Part shown: piece by piece, positions 52,994-59,598 of the stretch
Position numbering within the stretch: the first letter of the stretch is position 1
Layout of the letters: each line of letters opens with the position of its first letter
IMG/VR virus record: IMGVR_UViG_3300034782_000053
DNA: 59,598 bases
Reading direction: 5' to 3' (one strand)
Source of the DNA: a virus
Position numbers and translations under genes: made by a program
The notes under the pieces: generated by a model
What the model saw: the letters and a program-made list of their open reading frames with translations, nothing else
Told to the model about the DNA's origin: nothing
Databases searched by the model: none

Positions 52994-54361
52994 CTACAGG
53001 CCCGACGGGTGACGTCGAGATTTTGGTGGGGGAAGCATCATGTTTTCAGCCAGCTCGGCCACCTCTTCTTCGGCCCTGGATCGTCTCACCCACCACCAGG
53101 CGGCTCCGCCCATTGCCGCGAGTGCGCCGATCGCGATGAACCACTTGTAGCGAGAGAAGAAACCGGGCTCTTCATCCAACAGGTCGCCATTGGTATAGAG
53201 AGGAGCGCCGTTCCCATTCCCGTTCGTCACGAGTGGTGAGAGATCGACATCTAGCTCCGGTGTCGGAGTCGTCACCGTAACATGCCCCTCAGCATCATCG
53301 ACTGGAGCCGTTTCCGGCTGAGGCTGCCCGCGCTGATCGACCCCCGGAGGAGTTTCCCATGGCCTCAGGAAGTCTGGTGGACAGCAGTAGATGTTCTTGT
53401 CTGGGGCTCCGCTGACGATCGTTTTCACGACACCACAGCCCTCTGCCCTCATCTGCTCCTCGTAGCGCTTTTCAGCGATAACCGAGAGAGTAGCCCCTGG
53501 CTTGCAAGTCATCTGGGCGATCTCTGCGGGATCTGTTGGCGGCTGGTATTCGACAGGGGTATCTGGGTCTCGCCCTGCCTGAGCAGGCGGGGCGACCGCC
53601 ATTTCGGACGCCTTCCACTGGTCCTTGATTTTGAACAGGCTATTGAGCGTTGATGAGCTGGGACAGGGCGGCGTTCTCGTGCTCTTCCCGAATGTCCCAC
53701 CACCAAGCAGCTTGCTGCCGTGGTGACTGACGAACCAGTTGAAGGCATCTCTCGGAACGATGCTGTCGTTGAAAGTGTGTGTGGTCAGCCACATAGCCCA
53801 CGTGGGCTTGTGGCAACGACGCCACCATGAAAAGAACCTTTTACGATCCTCCTCCGCACGTCTCTTTTTCAGCGTTGTCGTTGCAGCCGCGACAGGGTTG
53901 AAGAAATCGCGCCCGAGCTGAGCCTGAGAAAGCATGGCGTTGCGGAAATCGGCCAGAAGCTCCGCCTCCATGTAGGTGTACTCGGGGTCCTCATCCTTTC
54001 GGCATGCCGCCGAAGAGCTGCCAAACATCTGGCAGTTCCACATCTTGAGGCTGTAGCGCTCCTCGGGCATCGTCAGGACAGTTCCGGGAGGATTGGTCGG
54101 CGTCAGGATGGTCCCGAAAATAACCAACTGGATTCCAGCGGTCTGCTCTGTCTCCGTCTTTCCAGTGCTCGAAGCGCCGCCGACCAACGTCCTCATTCCA
54201 GATGCACTTGCAAGAGTGAACTGGTTGGATCCTTTGGCGAAAGATCCACTTGAGCTGGAACCAGATGTAGAACCACCATTGCTCGAAGGCATTGTCATCG
54301 TGCCCTCGGCGAGTGGCTTTACCGTCATCTGCCCGAGCCCTGTCATATACTCATAAGTCAT
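52994..54361 (-). CDS. MYEY-family tail-anchored membrane protein (455 aa)
   Basis: MTYEYMTGLGQMT... C-terminal NGNGNGAPLYTNG...PGFFSRYKWFIAIGALAAMGGAAWWWVRRSRAEEE. Confidence 0.8.
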   Translation of the reverse strand: MTYEYMTGLGQMTVKPLAEGTMTMPSSNGGSTSGSSSSGSFAKGSNQFTLASASGMRTLVGGASSTGKTETEQTAGIQLVIFGTILTPTNPPGTVLTMPEERYSLKMWNCQMFGSSSAACRKDEDPEYTYMEAELLADFRNAMLSQAQLGRDFFNPVAAATTTLKKRRAEEDRKRFFSWWRRCHKPTWAMWLTTHTFNDSIVPRDAFNWFVSHHGSKLLGGGTFGKSTRTPPCPSSSTLNSLFKIKDQWKASEMAVAPPAQAGRDPDTPVEYQPPTDPAEIAQMTCKPGATLSVIAEKRYEEQMRAEGCGVVKTIVSGAPDKNIYCCPPDFLRPWETPPGVDQRGQPQPETAPVDDAEGHVTVTTPTPELDVDLSPLVTNGNGNGAPLYTNGDLLDEEPGFFSRYKWFIAIGALAAMGGAAWWWVRRSRAEEEVAELAENMMLPPPKSRRHPSGL

Positions 54362-54385
54362 CGTTTGTGCCTTTCATCCAAGGTT

Positions 54386-56227
54386 TCAGTAGTCTTCCAT
54401 GTTGGCTTCAAGACCAGACGGCGAAGACGGAAGTTCCTGTTGACGACGGCGGTAGTACCAGTAGCCACCGCCTGCTACCCCGAGCGCGAGAAGGAGTAGC
54501 CACCACCAGTTTTGCTGACACCAGGTTCTCTCTGGGCCGACCTCCTGGGCAGTAGCCGCAGCCTCCTGGGTGGTGAGGTTGATATCTTGCAGTATTTCGT
54601 TCGCTTCCGTTTCAGCATCCAGAACATCCTCAGCAGCTATGGCGACATCCTGCTCCATGTCCTGAATGGTCTCTTGAACCTGTGACACCTGACCCTGTGG
54701 AACAGCACCAGCGGCGAGCAGACGGCGAAGGCGATTGATTTCCTCCTCCATACGGTAAATCTGCTCCTGGTTCTTTTCCGCAGCGACGCGAGCTGCTTCG
54801 AGGTGTTCCTTCTGAGCGGCGGCGAGCGCGGCCGTCAGCTCATCGACTTCTTTTTTCAAACGTTCCAAGTCCTCAGGGCTTGCGGTTCCGGCCGCAACCT
54901 CGTCTTTCTTGGCGTCAAGCTCGTCCTTCTTCGAGTCGAGTTTTTCTTTGATATCCTCGACTTCCTCTTCTTTTTGGGACGCTTGAAGGACGGCCTCCTC
55001 GGCTTTTTCTGGGTCTTTCGCAACGTCGTAGATAGGATCCTCTGGCTCCCTTTCGCCCTCCATGATTCTGCGGTGCACTTCCTCCCCCCGCACCAGTAGC
55101 CTTGTACCTGTGGTCGCATCTTGAGCGACCTCTTCTGCCGTTGAAGGGGTCGTCGGCTCGATGTAACCGAAGATCTCCATGCGAGCCGTACCGACAGGGC
55201 ACGAAACAACGTTTTTCTCGGCGGCGACGTCGTAGATGGGGGCGACCACCCCGACCGCCGTTGAGCGCTTGGACCCACCAGCCGTTTCGACGTCTGTTTT
55301 CCGGATCGCGTCCTCTGCCTTTCGCTCGGCCTCGTGTCGAGCGAACATATCCGTGCGTTCTCGCTCGCGACGAGCACGAGCCTCTGCACGTACTTCAGGG
55401 GTCGCCGTCTCCAGGGCCTTTCTTTCGGCGTCATGCCTAGCCCTCAGATCGCGCACCTCCTGGCTCCGTCGCTTCTCCGCGTCTCTTCGCTGCTCAGCGT
55501 GCCGCTGCACTGCGCCGACTTCGATAGCGCCGAGACCAATCGAACCTACAGGCGCGGGGGCGCTTCTCCCCCCATTTCCGTTCCGAGCATCCTGGCGGAT
55601 ATCCCAGTATTGGAAGGTTAGAGCCGGGATATGATTCGGATACACAGTGCTCGCCGAAGATGCAAAGGTGTGAAGCGCAGCCCAGAAGTCCTTATCACAC
55701 CCCTCACACCAGCTTTTGAACAGCTCGACCTTGCCGAGCGCACGTTGTTGGGCGACCGCAAGAGACACAGCTTCTTGCTGCTGAATCTTCTTCGCGATAT
55801 CGGTGATCGTGATCGAATCCTTCAGCGTCCTGAGGACTCTGGCCTTTGCGTTGAGGTAGTTGCGATAGTTTGCAGCAGGAACCCGAATCGGTGTCGCATG
55901 CCAGTTGATAGAGTTAAAGACAGATATCGGATACCGCTTTCGCAGGTACATTCGAAGAGTTGCAACGTCGACAGCCTTCACAGCGGACATCGGAACTGTG
56001 GGCGCCGCTTTTCCAGCGGTCGATTTCACAACCATCGTTGGCGCCACTGTGCGCGCCGTCGAAGTTGGCGCCACTGAGACAGTCGAAACCTGTGATGGCG
56101 CAGATTTCCCGATGGTTGGGATTGACGTTGGGTAGTAGGCCGATTTTGAAGCAGGTGTTCTTGAAATCGACGTTTGGACTGTTGATGCAGCGCCCATGCC
56201 GGCCATGGGGTAGTGCTCGTAAGGCAT
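54386..56227 (-). CDS. long coiled-coil, C-terminally membrane-anchored protein (613 aa), MYEY-like N-terminus (MPYEHYPMAGMG)
   Basis: ATG 56227, 6 nt after AGGAGG. The ATG at 56233 abuts the SD. Extended heptad-rich region. C-terminal WWWLLLLALGVAGGGYWYY. Confidence 0.75.
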   Translation of the reverse strand: MPYEHYPMAGMGAASTVQTSISRTPASKSAYYPTSIPTIGKSAPSQVSTVSVAPTSTARTVAPTMVVKSTAGKAAPTVPMSAVKAVDVATLRMYLRKRYPISVFNSINWHATPIRVPAANYRNYLNAKARVLRTLKDSITITDIAKKIQQQEAVSLAVAQQRALGKVELFKSWCEGCDKDFWAALHTFASSASTVYPNHIPALTFQYWDIRQDARNGNGGRSAPAPVGSIGLGAIEVGAVQRHAEQRRDAEKRRSQEVRDLRARHDAERKALETATPEVRAEARARRERERTDMFARHEAERKAEDAIRKTDVETAGGSKRSTAVGVVAPIYDVAAEKNVVSCPVGTARMEIFGYIEPTTPSTAEEVAQDATTGTRLLVRGEEVHRRIMEGEREPEDPIYDVAKDPEKAEEAVLQASQKEEEVEDIKEKLDSKKDELDAKKDEVAAGTASPEDLERLKKEVDELTAALAAAQKEHLEAARVAAEKNQEQIYRMEEEINRLRRLLAAGAVPQGQVSQVQETIQDMEQDVAIAAEDVLDAETEANEILQDINLTTQEAAATAQEVGPERTWCQQNWWWLLLLALGVAGGGYWYYRRRQQELPSSPSGLEANMEDY

Positions 56228-56277
56228 TCCCATCCTCCTGAGGGTGGAGTTCTCTCTGAATTTCTCAGAAGGGGGCC

Positions 56278-56300
56278 GGCGTGATAGAACATATCACGCC
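56278..56300. other. perfect hairpin palindrome GGCGTGATA-GAACA-TATCACGCC in the largest intergenic gap of the cluster
   Basis: 9-bp stem and 5-nt loop. Followed on the plus strand by TTTAAATGTTAAAG. A 13-mer motif copy is nearby (56319-56331). Confidence 0.5.
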
Positions 56301-56347
56301 TTTAAATGTTAAAGCAAGCGTCTTGAGGATGAACGAACCTTGGCAGC

Positions 56348-56698
56348 TCAGTTCGCAGCGGCTCGATAGGGCACGTAGACAGGCACCCGAGAGTAGCCAG
56401 CAAGCTGCGGAGCCTCGTAAAGCTCTGTCCCGGTCGGCTCCTCCTCCTCGCCATGCGAAAGCATCATCTCTTTGATGGCGAGCCCGACGGCCGTCAGAAT
56501 AATCGCCGGAATTATTGGCCTTTCTGGCCACTTCTTGATAGCCCACAGCCCGATTGGCAGGCTAACAATCGTTCCTACGACACCGATTTTCACCAGGAGC
56601 TTGATGATGTCCCAGTCCTGCTGAGACAACGAAAGTAAACCGCCACTCTCGGTCGGCTGTTGCAGTGCTTCACTGCCGAGAGGAGCGAGAGAATACAT
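56348..56698 (-). CDS. small 2-TM membrane protein (116 aa)
   Basis: MYSLAPLGSE...IVSLPIGLWAIKKWPERPIIPAIILTAVGLAI. Confidence 0.65.
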   Translation of the reverse strand: MYSLAPLGSEALQQPTESGGLLSLSQQDWDIIKLLVKIGVVGTIVSLPIGLWAIKKWPERPIIPAIILTAVGLAIKEMMLSHGEEEEPTGTELYEAPQLAGYSRVPVYVPYRAAAN

Positions 56699-56713
56699 GG
56701 GTTCAAGCTAGCA

Positions 56714-56726
56714 CGTCCTCAGGATG
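56714..56726. other. copy of the recurrent 13-mer (CGTCCTCAGGATG), intergenic, 19 nt upstream of gene 56348..56698
   Basis: Read directly in the sequence. Confidence 0.5.
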
Positions 56727-56730
56727 TAGG

Positions 56731-57531
56731 TCAATCCAGTAGCCCACCCCAGCTTCCTTTGTTGCGAACCATGCTGTCGGAGTTCAGTGCGATCTCCTTG
56801 TTCTTGTACCAGCGCCGCTTGTAGTTCCCCCTGTGCCTGTGGAACTGGTGCATCGGGGCAAGGCCCTTGTCGCCGAGGTTGACCGGAGGCGTCTTGTTCA
56901 TATGCAAGCGCCTGACCATATCGTCGTCCTCGAAGCCCCACCCCCACAGACGCTCGTCGTAACCACGCATCTCGAAGAGCAGGTCCCTCTCGATAAAAAA
57001 ACATCCACCCTTCGCAGCAGCGTCGATGGAGCCATTTTTTCGGTTCTCAACGAAGTCGGACACCTCGAACTGCTCGTAGATTGGGCTCTGAGGCCCCTGC
57101 CTCATCCTGTGGACTGGTGAGTACGCCGCCTTCTCCTCGTCCCCAATTATCTTTCGCACCGCACGGAGGGTGCCAGGATGAAGGACGATATCAGCATCCA
57201 CGAAACCGACGATCCGTCGCTGCGCTCGCCTAGCGCCTGCGTTGCGAGCCAGAGCTACCGGAAACTCCGGGAGGTCATGCTCAACCATAACCAGAGAGAA
57301 CCCAAACACGTGATCGTACTGATACGCCAAGCTAACAAAAGGATCGACCTGGACAGGATACTCCGATGACTCCTTGCAGTAAGAGATAGATACAATAACT
57401 TCTATGCGATCTTTGCAGCCCTTCTGGGCCTCAAGCGCAGCAAAGCAATTAGCAAGGTAGTCAATGTATTTGGTCGAAGAAACAGGTATAACAATGCTCA
57501 CCCCTGAAGAGGACGTTTTCTTTCGCCGCAT
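56731..57531 (-). CDS. family-2 glycosyltransferase (GT-A fold)
   Basis: VSIVIPVSS...ARNAGARRAQRRIVGFVDADIVLHP (DxD). ATG 57531 immediately after the upstream TAA (57535-57533). Confidence 0.8.
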   Translation of the reverse strand: MRRKKTSSSGVSIVIPVSSTKYIDYLANCFAALEAQKGCKDRIEVIVSISYCKESSEYPVQVDPFVSLAYQYDHVFGFSLVMVEHDLPEFPVALARNAGARRAQRRIVGFVDADIVLHPGTLRAVRKIIGDEEKAAYSPVHRMRQGPQSPIYEQFEVSDFVENRKNGSIDAAAKGGCFFIERDLLFEMRGYDERLWGWGFEDDDMVRRLHMNKTPPVNLGDKGLAPMHQFHRHRGNYKRRWYKNKEIALNSDSMVRNKGSWGGLLD

Positions 57532-57532
57532 C

Positions 57533-59191
57533 TTAACGGGTTCTCTTTTGCATGAGCTTTTTGAAGATCGCATTAGCGCGGCTGTTAGCAATGAACCCCC
57601 TTTCCCTCGCACTTAGCTCAGTTTTCCAGCGATCGTCTACGGAGATATCTTCTCTCTTGTGCGCCTTGGGATTTCCACCGACCGCATGATACTCGACCGC
57701 TGCGTAGTCCTTCTCCTCCGGCAGCTCACCAGGGATTCCAAGAGCCTTGCGAACTTTTTCTGTCATTCCCCAGGGATCTTCAGCCAACTCTTCGTAGTTA
57801 ACAAAGAGAAGCCGACGACAGTACTGAGGCGCCCAACGAAGCATACCGTCGTACATTCCAGCATAGCCGGCGACGGCCTGCTCGACCGTCTGACCTTCGT
57901 TTCTCATGTCGCTGAGAGCTGCCGCCTCCGGCCGCTTGAACAAAACAATGCCATCAACATTGTTTCTGGCGCAGCACTGGCTGTAATGACCCGTCAGCTT
58001 GTCAGAGACAACAAGAGTGTCCACCCCCATCCTCTCCGCAACCTCACGGTAGAGATCCTTCTTTTTCGGGGGGCTGGCGATGAAGCTCTCGCTGAAAACA
58101 CGGCACTTCTCTCCGCATTTTACGCACCTACGAGTGACGGGCCATCCAGCTTTCGTCTTCACGTCACCAATGAGCGGTGCATCATGGACCCAGTGCAGCT
58201 CTCCCGCTGCGCCGACACCGTCGATAGCCGCCATCAGACGGCTGAGTAAAGTGCTCCCGCAAAAGCTTCTACCGATGATTCCGATGATCCGCGGCCCCTC
58301 GACGCATTCACCAAAGCTGTCTACGGGTTTGAGGTTATCCTTGAAGCTCTGGGTCTCGTCCCCCTCTACGCAATCGATCTCAGGCACCTCTTCTTCGAGG
58401 TTGTGTCCACAGGCGTTCCACAGGGGCGCGTTTTTCAGGTGCCACTTGTTGTAAAAGATCTGACATGAGCGCCAAATCATCTCCGATGACCACCGGTCTT
58501 GGTTGTACTCAGCATTTGTACAAATATGCTTGTGATGTACACATGTGGGGTTCATCATATGAGCGTACTGAACACCCGCCATCCACATCTGATATGCGAA
58601 GTCAATATTCTCTCCAGAAACAAAATATCGTGGGTCTGGGCAGATGCCCCTTTTGAATGTTTCTACAGGAATAACAGTCACACCCATGCCAGAATAATCG
58701 CAGATTTCGTAGTTGGCAAAACCGCTAAGCTTCCGTGTTGCGTGAGTTCCGTTATAAAAAACCAATTGGCCATTTTCTTTACGAAACAATCTGGACGGAA
58801 TATCACCAGGAGAGATAAACCCAGCACCTACATCGAACTCTCCTCTCTTCCGCTCAGCCTCGATTGCCCTGATGAGCAAGTCCCATCCCCACTTGGGGAT
58901 CGTGATGTCGTCATCGACCTTGGCCCACCACGGACTCTCAAGACGCTCGATGCTCTCGTGAAGCGGCAAAGACAGACCAACGTTCTTCTCTTTATGATCA
59001 ACGACCAGCTCGAACTTGAACTCGCTCGCCCTTGGAAGAGAAATACCTTTTTGAAGGGGACCCTGGACAACCAGCTCGACACGGTGAGGCTTCTTGGTTG
59101 CAAACTCCAGGGCGCCGAGGGTATTGAGCAGGCAGTTTAGCGGCCGTCTCGGATGGTAGAGAACGATTGTCGTCAAGAAAGGCTGTGCCAT
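57533..59191 (-). CDS. bifunctional protein: N-terminal GT2-like glycosyltransferase domain + C-terminal sulfotransferase-like domain
   Basis: N-terminal TIVLYH...VDDDITIP. C-terminal IIGIIGRSFCGSTLLSRLM (PAPS-binding 5'PSB-like loop, compare Sulfotransfer_3 PRSGTTLL) and later LFKRPEAAALS (3'PB-like). ATG 59191. Confidence 0.6.
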   Translation of the reverse strand: MAQPFLTTIVLYHPRRPLNCLLNTLGALEFATKKPHRVELVVQGPLQKGISLPRASEFKFELVVDHKEKNVGLSLPLHESIERLESPWWAKVDDDITIPKWGWDLLIRAIEAERKRGEFDVGAGFISPGDIPSRLFRKENGQLVFYNGTHATRKLSGFANYEICDYSGMGVTVIPVETFKRGICPDPRYFVSGENIDFAYQMWMAGVQYAHMMNPTCVHHKHICTNAEYNQDRWSSEMIWRSCQIFYNKWHLKNAPLWNACGHNLEEEVPEIDCVEGDETQSFKDNLKPVDSFGECVEGPRIIGIIGRSFCGSTLLSRLMAAIDGVGAAGELHWVHDAPLIGDVKTKAGWPVTRRCVKCGEKCRVFSESFIASPPKKKDLYREVAERMGVDTLVVSDKLTGHYSQCCARNNVDGIVLFKRPEAAALSDMRNEGQTVEQAVAGYAGMYDGMLRWAPQYCRRLLFVNYEELAEDPWGMTEKVRKALGIPGELPEEKDYAAVEYHAVGGNPKAHKREDISVDDRWKTELSARERGFIANSRANAIFKKLMQKRTR

Positions 59192-59194
59192 TGC

Positions 59195-59598
59195 TCAAAA
59201 CTCCTCACTCACCTCGGGGCCACCGGCCCGAAAGACCTCTTCTGTGCCATCGGGGAACTTGCCGAAAACGTTCTTGTAAAGACCGACATCGTTCAGGCCC
59301 CATTTATCAACCAGCTTCTGCCATGCTTCCCTTTTTTGCTGGTCGCCGAGTCTCACAGCTTCATACTCAGGAGGGCTACAACGTTTTTTCTGATGAGGCG
59401 CCAGCGGATCAGTGATATGAATCGCAAGATAGCCCTGCTTCAGCATCTGCAAAGCCAGGTCGATGTGCTCACTCGCGACAAAGTGCTGCGGATCAAAGTT
59501 GCAGCCGCTTCGAAAAACCTCTGGAAGATAGATAACGGCGCCATTGCCACAGATGTCACAAATGGCGTACCTCGTCTTTTCGAGATCACGTTCAACGT
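59195..59598 (-). CDS. partial CDS (C-terminal part; N-terminus beyond window end), Cys-rich (…ICDICGNGAVIYLPE…)
   Basis: The frame is open from the window end down to the stop at 59195. ORF-track entry 59195..59452 is its 3' portion. Confidence 0.5.
   Translation of the reverse strand, partial: VERDLEKTRYAICDICGNGAVIYLPEVFRSGCNFDPQHFVASEHIDLALQMLKQGYLAIHITDPLAPHQKKRCSPPEYEAVRLGDQQKREAWQKLVDKWGLNDVGLYKNVFGKFPDGTEEVFRAGGPEVSEEF

Noticed and set aside
36381-54361. MYEYMTGLG as a Sec/Tat signal peptide, lipoprotein lipobox or type IV prepilin leader
   Set aside because: No hydrophobic h-region follows the motif. There is no RR motif. There is no [LVI][ASTG][GA]C lipobox after a signal. The only TM helix is C-terminal.
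36381-54361. PEP-CTERM / exosortase or LPXTG / sortase sorting signal at the C-termini
   Set aside because: No PEP or LPXTG motif and no exosortase or sortase gene in the window. Kept only as a loose analogy in a finding.
56278-56300. Hairpin as a rho-independent terminator of the minus-strand operon
   Set aside because: On the coding strand the U-rich tract would precede, not follow, the stem. A downstream gene is coupled 50 nt later with a strong SD. Retained only as an unexplained structural element.
1-59598. CRISPR array or other long interspersed repeats
   Set aside because: No regularly spaced direct repeats seen. The only tandem repeats are the short in-gene 33/9-bp and 45-bp coding repeats.

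Overview
High-GC (~60%), very compact window, coded almost entirely on the minus strand (direction 59598 -> 1). Genes are short, have Shine-Dalgarno sites and are packed with 1-4 nt start/stop overlaps (ATGA, TGATG, GTGA). This looks like part of a large phage or other mobile-element genome rather than a housekeeping chromosomal region.

Layout, in the direction of transcription:
- 56731..59191: a GT2 glycosyltransferase and a GT2+sulfotransferase-like fusion at the head of the cluster.
- 36114..56698: ~31 consecutive genes for small membrane-anchored proteins, mostly C-terminal tail anchors. About 12 of them start with the peptide M-(x)-Y-E-Y-M-T-G-[LM]-G; related subfamilies start MYQxSTxGxGCLGCGLG, MSQY.., MSYYGP.
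- 12179..36198: a tandem array of 21 paralogs sharing an N-terminal ~75-aa domain (consensus ..C[DE]G.E..V.I..DG.L.F.DYD.EE..VL.EMGYEP..C..) with divergent, often very acidic C-terminal regions.
- 29523..35036, embedded in that array: two MoxR-like AAA+ ATPases plus a protein that carries both an HExxH metallopeptidase-like N-domain and a C-terminal VWA domain (MIDAS DxSxS). One ATPase itself starts MYEY.
- 1..11394: small hypothetical, Cys-rich and zinc-ribbon proteins, a NUDIX hydrolase, a DnaJ-type zinc-finger protein and a YkgJ-like CxxCxxCC protein.
- 11485..12231: the only plus-strand gene, a beta-class (DPPY before FxGxGS) orphan DNA methyltransferase, read divergently from a shared regulatory region.

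Other repeated sequence signals:
- A promoter-like element, T-tract + CTGGACA + N6-7 + GTAGCATATGCTAC palindrome, in three copies.
- A strongly over-represented 13-mer, CATCCT[CG]AGGACG and its reverse complement, at 9 or more sites.
- In-gene tandem repeats of 45 bp (x3) and 33 bp (x2).

I found no rRNA, tRNA or CRISPR. The long plus-strand ORFs other than the methyltransferase look like antisense shadows.

The combination of the EMGY-domain array, the embedded MoxR/VWA-HExxH module, the MYEY-tagged tail-anchored membrane-protein array and the glycosyltransferase/sulfotransferase genes reads as one large co-transcribed system. I do not recognise it as a described system, and functional assignments beyond the domain level are inference.
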